Positions 36,360-45,600 of a stretch of 64,000 nucleotides of DNA are shown here, piece after piece. A program made the translations under genes and the position numbers. Positions within the stretch are counted from its first letter, which is position 1; the number at the start of each line of letters is the position of its first letter. This DNA is from an uncultured Muribaculaceae bacterium (GTDB taxonomy: Bacteria; Bacillota_I; Bacilli_A; RF39; UBA660). The DNA is taken from assembly GCA_964530845.1 (NCBI GenBank), contig CAZHBS010000002.1, positions 20,778 to 84,777 of the forward strand, in the 5' to 3' direction. The notes below the pieces were generated by a model. It searched no databases. It saw nothing but the letters and a program-made list of their open reading frames with translations, and was not told the origin of the DNA.

Positions 36360-37994
36360 CTATTTTTTAATTAATTTTTTAGGTTTCTTTCCAGTAATCC
36401 AAGATGTACCAATCGCATCAGTTATTAGAGAATCTCCCCATGACCCATATTTTACAACCGTATCATTGTATTTTTCTTTAATAGTCTCTGCTTCTTCACG
36501 TAACTCATTTAATCTTTTTATTATTTGTTCATTATTTAATTTGCGTGTTTTAATCTCTTCACTTAAATCATCTAAAATATATTTTATTCTTTCAAAATCA
36601 CAGTATCTAGTCAATATAAGAAGTAAATCAATAAGTAATGCTAAAACTACTCCACCTACAGTAAAAGGTATTATAAATTTAGTACTAGGTCTTGACTCAC
36701 CATCAGGATATGATTCAGTTATAAGAATTGTTGTATTTTCCATACTATCTTCTTTACTTAATTCATCTTTAGGTTCAATATAAGTATATTTTTCTTTTAC
36801 ATTATTTTTTAAATCTTCATCATTTATTCTATGACTTTCATCGGCACCATCAGGAGCAATATACTCATATGTTGTAACATTTCTTATATAACCAATACCT
36901 GCAGGATTCTTTCTCCAAGGAGAACATGATAATACTGTCGCAACATAAGGAGTCTTTTCTTCATCAAATGAATATTCAACATCCCCTATTAATTTACCAG
37001 TATCATAATCAATTGTTCTAGTCGCAGTTCTAAACTCCGTTATTTTTGCAGATTTACTTTTTCCAATACTATTTCCGGCAGTAATCAAAACAACAGGAAC
37101 AAGTACAAGTGATGCAACTCTTGCAGCTAAAAGAGATTTTCTAAGTTGCAAACTTCTAATATTATTTTTATTATCTGATAGTTTAGAAACTAAGCTATTC
37201 TTTCTGTCAATTAAATTCTCAACATCTTCTCTTACTTCATCAATCGCCCTTCTTCTTCTTTCTTGATATTCTGAGTTTTCACTACCAACAGTGATATAAG
37301 ATAATTTTTTAATTACATCACGTGATAAATAATCATTACCTAATTTTTCAGATGTTAATGTCTTTAAATCATCATCAATTATAGTTTCTCTATCTAATTT
37401 ATCTAAATCATTTGACAAGATTCTTCCTATATTTTCTCTATTTGCTGGAATATTTAATTTTTTTAAATACTCAAAGATATCTCCTCTATCAAACATCTCT
37501 TCATGTAATAATACTTTATATAATGTTTTATAAGCTTTATCAATGATTTTATTCTTATCTTGTTCATTATGTGTATTTAATGAATTTATAGCATCAACTA
37601 ATTGTCTTGCACTATTAATTACATCTGCAATACTATCTTCTGTTATTTTTGATAATCCTATATCTATCTTTGAAGTTAATAAATGTAATTCATAAAATGG
37701 TAAACACTCTTTTTCCACTCTACTAGTTAAATCTTCTAACCTATTTATATATGGAGCAAGAACCATTCCCTCGTATTCTAACTGCATCTCATTTGAAGGC
37801 ATTTGACTATCTATGCTTTTGTCATTGCAAGCTTCTTCTTGAATAGTTGCTAATTCTCTTTTATACTCACTAATATCAAAAATTCCTTCTATTTTTTTAA
37901 ATATTCCATTAATATTTTTTACTAATGATTCATATTTTTTGTAACCTCTAGATAAGTCTAAATTATCACTAGTTTCAAAACCTAATTCTCCCAT
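36360..37994 (-). CDS. Hypothetical two-TM protein with helical/coiled-coil cytoplasmic regions
   Basis: The start was trimmed to MGELGF after AAAGGAAGAGGA. TM helices lie at about aa 300 and 460 of the tracked ORF. The loop between them (about 130 aa) is probably extracellular. Confidence 0.45.
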   Translation of the reverse strand: MGELGFETSDNLDLSRGYKKYESLVKNINGIFKKIEGIFDISEYKRELATIQEEACNDKSIDSQMPSNEMQLEYEGMVLAPYINRLEDLTSRVEKECLPFYELHLLTSKIDIGLSKITEDSIADVINSARQLVDAINSLNTHNEQDKNKIIDKAYKTLYKVLLHEEMFDRGDIFEYLKKLNIPANRENIGRILSNDLDKLDRETIIDDDLKTLTSEKLGNDYLSRDVIKKLSYITVGSENSEYQERRRRAIDEVREDVENLIDRKNSLVSKLSDNKNNIRSLQLRKSLLAARVASLVLVPVVLITAGNSIGKSKSAKITEFRTATRTIDYDTGKLIGDVEYSFDEEKTPYVATVLSCSPWRKNPAGIGYIRNVTTYEYIAPDGADESHRINDEDLKNNVKEKYTYIEPKDELSKEDSMENTTILITESYPDGESRPSTKFIIPFTVGGVVLALLIDLLLILTRYCDFERIKYILDDLSEEIKTRKLNNEQIIKRLNELREEAETIKEKYNDTVVKYGSWGDSLITDAIGTSWITGKKPKKLIKK

Positions 37995-38111
37995 AAATCC
38001 TCTTCCTTTTTTTCGTTCATATAATAACATTTGAGAATAATAACTGTCAAGTAAATTTATTGACTCTATATTATTATTATGATAATATAATTTAGCGTTA
38101 AGGAGATTTTT

Positions 38112-38855
38112 ATGGCAAAAGATTACAAAAGAAAAGCAATATCTTCAGCATTACTTTTATCCATACTTTTAACAGGTTGTGGAGAAAAATCTGAATGTAA
38201 TATTCCAACACAACACGTACATAGATATGTTAAAGAAATTACAGATGATATAGATATTGAAAGATACATAGAATCAGAATATTTAAATATGTCTGGTTAT
38301 AATAGATGTGATGATTATATTGAGATTACTAAAACAGATGAAGATTTTTATAACTTATTAGAAAGAAACTCATTATTTACAGGAGAAGATAATTGGGACT
38401 ATTTATATTATAAAATGTCTCATCTTCATGATTACTTAAAATTTTACTATGAATATGATACCATTGAAACAAGAACTACAACTGATAGTGAAGGAAATGT
38501 TAAAACAGAAACTTATACAGTACATCATGATGGTTGGACAGAAAATCCAAATAATCCAGACAATACTGGTAGAACTAGACTATTTCATCACAAATATTTT
38601 GGTTACAGAATTGTAAGAAAAAACGGAAGATTCACATTAGAAAAAAGTCCATTAGTTGACGATATTAGAGAAATAATAGATGAATATCCATATATTGGTG
38701 AGAGTTGTGCAACAGAAGTATACGAAGAATTTAGATTCAGCAGATGGGAATTAGACGAATTACGACCAGAAGACTTTGATACATTTGATCAACCAAATCT
38801 TGAAAGTCATGAACTTCATCCAGGTGAAAACAAAGTATATAAAAAAGAATATTAA
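38112..38855 (+). CDS. Lipoprotein, unknown function
   Basis: Lipobox LLSILLTGC at the end of a signal peptide. Confidence 0.65.
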   Translation: MAKDYKRKAISSALLLSILLTGCGEKSECNIPTQHVHRYVKEITDDIDIERYIESEYLNMSGYNRCDDYIEITKTDEDFYNLLERNSLFTGEDNWDYLYYKMSHLHDYLKFYYEYDTIETRTTTDSEGNVKTETYTVHHDGWTENPNNPDNTGRTRLFHHKYFGYRIVRKNGRFTLEKSPLVDDIREIIDEYPYIGESCATEVYEEFRFSRWELDELRPEDFDTFDQPNLESHELHPGENKVYKKEY

Positions 38856-38935
38856 TACAATCATTTTGATTGTATTTTTATTATCTAATATTATAATTAT
38901 TTGATATAATATTTTAAGAAATAAGAGGTATCAAT

Positions 38936-39598
38936 ATGAATCAAGAATTAAAAGAATATATAGAAAAAAATATTTTTACCATGTATGATAGATACTATTC
39001 TCATGGAATGATACACATAAATAGCGTAATGAATAATTGTCTTTTTTTAGCAAATTATTACAATCTTGATATTAATAAAGCCTATACTATTGCAGCATAT
39101 CACGATTCCGGTCTTAATATTGATAGAGAAAATCATGAAAAAGAATCAGGAAAAATTCTAGAAAATGATAAAAAACTAAGAAAATTCTTTTCAGATGAAG
39201 ATATAAAAGAAATGAAAGAAGCTATAGAAGACCACCGAGGTTCTAAAAAAGAATCTCCAAGAAACATGTATGGAAAAATTCTTTCAGATTCAGATAGAGA
39301 TTTTGATATAGAAGTACTTGCTAAAAGACAACTTGCAACATCAATAAAAAAATACCCAAACTATTCTTCATTTGATCAACACTTTGAAAATTGCTACTCT
39401 TATATGTTAAAAAGATTAGAAGGATTTGGTCATTTTAATCTTTGGACTAATAATCCCATTCTAGTTGAAAAAAGAGATAAATTTGAAAAAGATTATTTAA
39501 ATAAACAATATACAAGAGAAATATATAAAAAAGAATGGGAAAGAATTGATAAGAATGGTACAATAGAAAAAATTAAGAATTATTATTTAGATAATTAA
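38936..39598 (+). CDS. HD-domain protein
   Basis: SHGMIHINSV ... IAAYHDSGL ... DHRGS. Confidence 0.7.
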   Translation: MNQELKEYIEKNIFTMYDRYYSHGMIHINSVMNNCLFLANYYNLDINKAYTIAAYHDSGLNIDRENHEKESGKILENDKKLRKFFSDEDIKEMKEAIEDHRGSKKESPRNMYGKILSDSDRDFDIEVLAKRQLATSIKKYPNYSSFDQHFENCYSYMLKRLEGFGHFNLWTNNPILVEKRDKFEKDYLNKQYTREIYKKEWERIDKNGTIEKIKNYYLDN

Positions 39599-39600
39599 AA

Positions 39601-39636
39601 AGAAAAACCCTAATTCAATATGAACTAGGGTTTTAA
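39601..39636. terminator. Bidirectional terminator between convergent genes
   Basis: A-run, AACCCTA-N13-TAGGGTT, T-rich tail. Confidence 0.55.
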
Positions 39637-39680
39637 ATTTATTTTATCTTATTATCTTATATTTTCTTTCTCTTGATAAG

Positions 39681-40598
39681 TTATTTAATATCAAGTTTAA
39701 ATGAATACCAACAAGTACCAATTTCACTTAAAGTATCTAATTTCACATAAAATGTTCCTTTAATATTTGGCACTACGAAACTATATTCATCGCTATCAAT
39801 TTCTATGTCAATGGGTTTATTATTTTCAGTACTATATAATGTAACATCATGGATTTTTATTGTATCATTATTTATTGAAATTATATCGTTAAATGAAGCC
39901 TCTAAATATTGACTATATTTTATTTTTGTTAAAGGTATGGCGTCACTACAAGTATTTACTTCCAGCCCATTGTTAACTGTTTTTATACAATATGAACCTA
40001 TTTGTGTTAAGATTCGATTTCTTTTATTAATAACACTTAATGATGGTGGTGTTATAATCGGTGGTGAGACATTCCATGAAAATATATAAAATCCAAATTT
40101 AATATTATCTTCAAAGCTATCATTAGAGTTCTTATATCTAATCATTTTATATCCGAAACCAATATAAATATCTTTTGAATTGCTTCCATATATTTTCAGC
40201 ATATAATCTGTTTTTTCCCCTCTTAATACATTATTATAATCTGAAATAAACATAACAACACACATAGATATAAATATTAAAATTGTTATTATTAAATATT
40301 TTTTTTTAATCTTCGAAACTTTTTTATTAGAATAATCAATTGTTCTAATCAATAATTTGTCAGTTACATCAATGCTATTATCATTTTTTATTTTTTCACC
40401 ATTTAACAAATCACTAACAGTTATATTTAATATTGCACATAATGGTTCAAAAAGTGAAACGTCTGGCATACATCTTCCATTCTCCCACTTACTCACAGCT
40501 TTATCAGTCACATTTAACTTCTCTGCCAGTTCTTTTTGAGTCAATTTTTGTTTTTTTCTAAGTGTTGCAATATATTTTCCAATTTTTTCTATATTCAT
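39681..40598 (-). CDS. Membrane-anchored XRE-family HTH regulator (third, distant copy of this architecture)
   Basis: LTQKELAEKLNVTDKAVSKWENG, one TM helix and a unique C-terminal domain. The start was trimmed to MNIEKIG. Confidence 0.75.
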   Translation of the reverse strand: MNIEKIGKYIATLRKKQKLTQKELAEKLNVTDKAVSKWENGRCMPDVSLFEPLCAILNITVSDLLNGEKIKNDNSIDVTDKLLIRTIDYSNKKVSKIKKKYLIITILIFISMCVVMFISDYNNVLRGEKTDYMLKIYGSNSKDIYIGFGYKMIRYKNSNDSFEDNIKFGFYIFSWNVSPPIITPPSLSVINKRNRILTQIGSYCIKTVNNGLEVNTCSDAIPLTKIKYSQYLEASFNDIISINNDTIKIHDVTLYSTENNKPIDIEIDSDEYSFVVPNIKGTFYVKLDTLSEIGTCWYSFKLDIK

Positions 40599-40778
40599 AC
40601 AATCACCTTTGTTATTGCAATTATAGCACGTACAATAAAAAATAGTTGTATACTTGTGGTAGAGTTTCAATTAATATATATAAATTAATCATTTAGTTAT
40701 GAAGTTGTTAATAAAAAGTAGACACTAAAAAAGTATTATTGAAACACCAATCGAGTATACTGAACTAGGATTTTATTT

Positions 40779-41291
40779 TTATTTTACCTTATCTTTTTCT
40801 AATATTAAGCTTTCTAAATAAGTATCTGCTTCTTCTCTTGTTTTAAAAATTATGATAGATTTTCCATCTTTATACTTATCCAATAAATCATATATAAGGG
40901 GCAACTTAGTTTTTGGAAAATCAAGAATCTTTTGTTTAAAGTCTCTATCTAGACTCTCTTCTATCCAAGGTAAATCATCTCTTTTTACACCAACTCGAGA
41001 TAAAGCTCCAGAAAGGCACTCATCAAGAGAATAATCAAGTAAAAAAACAGTATCACATTCCTTTAATCTTAACTCCATAGTTCTTTGATAATTACCATCA
41101 ATTATCCAACTATCTTCTTTAAAAATTCCAACTAATATCCTGTCAAACTCATCTTTTGGAATATGCGACCCATCACTATTATGATATAACATATCTAAAT
41201 GATATAAATTTAAATTTGTAATCTCTTTCAATCTATTTGAAAAATAACTTTTTCCTGCCCCAGGACACCCAATAACTATAACCTTTTTCAT
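40779..41291 (-). CDS. P-loop kinase-like protein (adenylate kinase / topology-modulation family)
   Basis: Walker A in VIVIGCPGAGKSYFS; about 170 aa. Confidence 0.7.
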   Translation of the reverse strand: MKKVIVIGCPGAGKSYFSNRLKEITNLNLYHLDMLYHNSDGSHIPKDEFDRILVGIFKEDSWIIDGNYQRTMELRLKECDTVFLLDYSLDECLSGALSRVGVKRDDLPWIEESLDRDFKQKILDFPKTKLPLIYDLLDKYKDGKSIIIFKTREEADTYLESLILEKDKVK

Positions 41292-41302
41292 TTATTCTCC
41301 AA

Positions 41303-42190
41303 TCATTTTAGTCTTTCTTTAATAACATCATCTTCCTCTATCTTTCCAACAAGTAAAGACGAATCATCAAAATGATTATTAAAATTACTAATAACTTTAT
41401 CTTCATCATAATTTGCATAACAATATTTACAAAAATGCTTACAAGAATTATATACACCTATATCCACCATCTGAACACAGTTACACTTCTTCTCTTTTCT
41501 AGCTGTCCAACTCTTATAAGTTTTACCAGTAAGTTTAAAAGCCAATTCATGTGATAAACATTCATCTTTAACGAAACCATACTCAACTAAATTTCTATCT
41601 TCAAAACATGTATGTACAACCATTCCATGTTCTTTTGCTATTTTACTAAATGACTCACCAATTACTTTATAATCATTCTCAGTAAACTCTCGATACTTTA
41701 ATATGTCTCCATTTTTTCTAACATTTTTATAATCATCTATAAAAGAAATTAATATTTTACTGACATAACCATCTAATAAAGAACATAATCTATCAAATGC
41801 CTTAACATGATAATCTAATGTATATTTATCATTTAAAAATACAGGATCATACCTAATTGTCAACCTATCTTTTCCAAGAATGTTAGAAAGTGCTTTTACA
41901 GCTTCAATTATTTTACTCTTTTCTCTTACATTAGGTTCAATGTCTTCCTTATATGGAGTAATAGTAACATGAAATAAGATTGGTTTATCAATTTCTTTAA
42001 TTTTATCCAATATTGGAATCGGATTTTTAGTACAAAATAAAATTAAGTCGACATTATCAAAACTAATTCTACTAATCATTTTAGGATTAAATGGATTCCT
42101 GACATCAACATACCCTTCTCTATATCGTCTCATAAACCATTCACTATAAAAGGCGACAATATCACATCTTCCACTAACATTTAAAATCAT
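41303..42190 (-). CDS. DUF1848 protein with C-terminal Cys cluster
   Basis: ILNVSGRCDIVAFYSEWFMRRYREGYVDVRNPFNP N-terminus. The C-terminus CNCVQMVDIGVYNSCKHFCKYCYANYD contains C-x3-C-x2-C. Confidence 0.65.
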   Translation of the reverse strand: MILNVSGRCDIVAFYSEWFMRRYREGYVDVRNPFNPKMISRISFDNVDLILFCTKNPIPILDKIKEIDKPILFHVTITPYKEDIEPNVREKSKIIEAVKALSNILGKDRLTIRYDPVFLNDKYTLDYHVKAFDRLCSLLDGYVSKILISFIDDYKNVRKNGDILKYREFTENDYKVIGESFSKIAKEHGMVVHTCFEDRNLVEYGFVKDECLSHELAFKLTGKTYKSWTARKEKKCNCVQMVDIGVYNSCKHFCKYCYANYDEDKVISNFNNHFDDSSLLVGKIEEDDVIKERLK

Positions 42191-42192
42191 GA

Positions 42193-42567
42193 TTATTCTT
42201 TCTCTAAATTTATAGACTCATATGCTCCTAAATCTAATACATCATATCCTAAACCTACTAACGTATTATAAGCAATACTACTTCTATTACCACTTCTACA
42301 ATAAACCATAATAGTCTTAGTTTTATCAAGATTTATATTCTCATCAATTTGATCATAAGGAATATTGATAGAATCAACTACATGTCCCTCATTATATTCA
42401 TCTTCTGATCTAACATCAACAATAATATAATTATTTGTTTCAATTATATTATTCATTTTATCCTCAATACTTAAACTGTTATCAGTAACTTCTTCATTAT
42501 TACTATTGCAACCATATAATGTAAAAGATAAAACTATTAACAAAAAATATATTAAAACTTTTTTCAT
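42193..42567 (-). CDS. Rhodanese-domain lipoprotein
   Basis: Lipobox TLYGC and active-site loop CRSGNRS. Confidence 0.8.
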   Translation of the reverse strand: MKKVLIYFLLIVLSFTLYGCNSNNEEVTDNSLSIEDKMNNIIETNNYIIVDVRSEDEYNEGHVVDSINIPYDQIDENINLDKTKTIMVYCRSGNRSSIAYNTLVGLGYDVLDLGAYESINLEKE

Positions 42568-42603
42568 ACAATCACCTGCATATTAAATTATAGCATTATG
42601 AAC

Positions 42604-42634
42604 AAAAAGAAAAAAGGTATATTAAACCTTTTTT
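42604..42634 (-). terminator. Intrinsic terminator after the giant surface-protein gene
   Basis: Minus strand: AAAAGGT-N7-ACCTTTT followed by a T-rich run. Confidence 0.5.
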
Positions 42635-45600
42635 CTAAATAATATTATCATCCTTTTTCATTTTCTTAATAACAAAGAATACTCCAGCAATAGTTAATAT
42701 AGCAAATACTCCTATAAATATATATTTAGTATAATTATCATTTTTTTCTAAATTATTATCAATATCTTCATCATCATCGATAATTGAAGAATCATCATTA
42801 TCAGATTTTGTTTTATAAGCAATGATATATCGATTTAATCCATTTTCTTTAAAAACCACTTCGTTATTATCATTGATTTTATAATCTAACTTAAAAACAC
42901 TGCCATCAATTCTTACAGCATAGACACCATCAAATTTCTTATTAGAGTCAAGCTTAAATCTTTGCTCAATAACTTCGCTAGATAAATCTATTTTCTCATT
43001 ATCATTAGAATCATTAGAAATTAATGAAATATCATAAATCTCACTATCAGTACCAAATCTTGCCTTTTGACTATCACTCAAAGTAAGAACTTCATATTTT
43101 AAAGAAATATCATTATATTTAGAAATAATATTACTTGGAATCATTGCAACAACATTTCCATTTGAAAATTCCTTATAAGTAATAGTAGAGTTTTCTTTAG
43201 ATATATTATTTGAAGTTGTATTACTAGGTTTACCATTAGGCTTATTATCACTAGGCTTAGATGGTTTTTCATCAGGTTCTTTAGGAATATCTTCATTCTT
43301 TTTCTTAATCCAGTCAACACGTGCAGTTGCATAACCTTTATTACCAGCCCTATCAACAAATTCAAAAGTATATTCTGCATTTTCTGTAAAAGTATAGCTA
43401 TCCTTTCCAGCTCCTAATATAGTAACTTCTTCGCTCGGCTTTATTGTAGCAACAACTTCACCATCAGTTTCTTCTTTTGTACTATATTCTATAGTGGCAG
43501 TAGGCTTTATCTTATCAATATAATCAACTTTAACAGTTGTGCTACCTTTATTCCCAACTTTATCTACTAAATTAAATGTAAATTCTCCATTTTCTGTGAA
43601 TGTATAATCAAAAGAACCATTATTATTTTCAACAGTAACTTCTTCACTAGGTTTTAGTGTAACTTTAACATCTTTATTAGTAATAGCTTTTATATTATAT
43701 TCAAATGTACCTGTAGGAGCAACTTTATCAATCCAATCAACAGTAACAGGAATTAAACCATCATAACCATTCTCATCCTTATATAAGAAATTAAATGTAC
43801 CACTATCAGTAAATGTATAAATATTACTTGCATTATTGTTAAATATTCTATAACCATCTTCAAGTTTTAATTCAACAGTTACATCTTTATTCGTTGGTTT
43901 AGTATTAGAAAACTTAACACTATATTCAGGAACCCTAGAAATCCAATCAACATGAGCAGTAGCAAAACCTTTATTACCAGCCTTATCAATAAACTCAAAT
44001 GTAAAATCACCATTTTTTGTGAAAGTATGTGTTAAACTTCCATCATTATTTGTAACGGTTACATCTTCACTAGGAACAAGTGTTGCAACTACTTCACCAT
44101 CAGTTAAATGAACCTTATCAAATGTAACCTCAGCAGTAGGAGCAACAGTATCAATCCAGTCAACTGTAATTGTCTTAGAGCCTACATTGCCAAGCGTATC
44201 TTGAAATCTTAATTCAACAGTATCGTTAGATAAGAATGTTATAGTTTTACTATTATCATTAGGGTTAATAGCAATTTGAACATCATCAGACAAAATAGTT
44301 ACATCTTTATTAAAGTTAAGCGTTGCAACTACATCACTATTAGTTAGCTCGGTTGTACTAAAAGTTACATCAACTGTTGGAGCTGACTTATCAATCCAAT
44401 CAACTTTTGCAACAGCAGAACCTTTATTTCCCGCGCTATCCTCAAACTCAAAAGTAAATTCCCCATTTTCAGTAAACGTATGAGTCATCTTACCATCATT
44501 ATTTGTGACTTTAATTTTTCTAGTTGGATTAATTAATTCTGCAACAACATCTTTATTAGTCTTACCAACAATATTATAATTTACTGTTGCCCTAGGTGTT
44601 GGATCTGCAGTAGTATCTTCAAATAATGTAATTTCACCAATAGCTAAACTATTAGTAATTGCTTGATAAATTGTTTTTGCATCAAATTTAACATATTTTG
44701 CTTGTAATGCTTCATCAAAAACAACTTGTTGTGGATTGTTATTGTTATTCGCAAAATTCTTTGTCGCAACTTTTGTCCAATTAGTACCATCCATACTAAC
44801 TGAAATCTCAACATTATGAGCAAAACCATAAGGTACATTTCCATTTGAGAACTTAGTAATAGCAAATCTATCATGAGTATATTCTAACGCATTTACAAAT
44901 CTTGGATCTTCAAGTTCAATAATTACATAAGCAGGAACATAAGCTGCTCCCATCCCCTTGTTCCTATAAGAGCGCCAATAAGTATTAGGATTTCCATCTA
45001 CAATATTTGCTTTATTGCCTTCATTAGGCTGAGATGCAGATACAATAGGAACACTTAAAAGGCTATATGGAATATATTTCTTTGTTGGTTCTGAACTATT
45101 ATTTGTAAATGTAAAGTTTATAGGATCACTTGCCATTTTTGAACCACTAGCAACTGTTCTTACATATACTCTCTTATCTCCTGTAAATAAAGGATTACTA
45201 CTAGCAAATGATGTCCATTCTCCACTAGTATCAAGTGTCCACTCCATTGATGCGTTAACTCCAAACATTCTATCTTCCAAATCATTAATAGAAATAGTAG
45301 TAGGAGCTGCATTCTTAGTAATATCTATTGTATAAATATTATCATCTGTTTGAGGTAAACCAACAATAAATATCTTAATATCATTGGTTGTATTAATACT
45401 CTTTATCTCATCTTCTGTTAATTGTGCAAAAGATTCATAAGATGTCTTCCAATCATTTCCACCATCAATACTATATTTCCAAGTTACTTGTGAACTTTGC
45501 AATGCCTTAGAAAGTACAATTTTGCCAGCATCAGCTCCATTAAATGAGAAGTTAGCAATAGATGTATCAACAATTCCTAAAAGAACATTTGCAATTGTTG

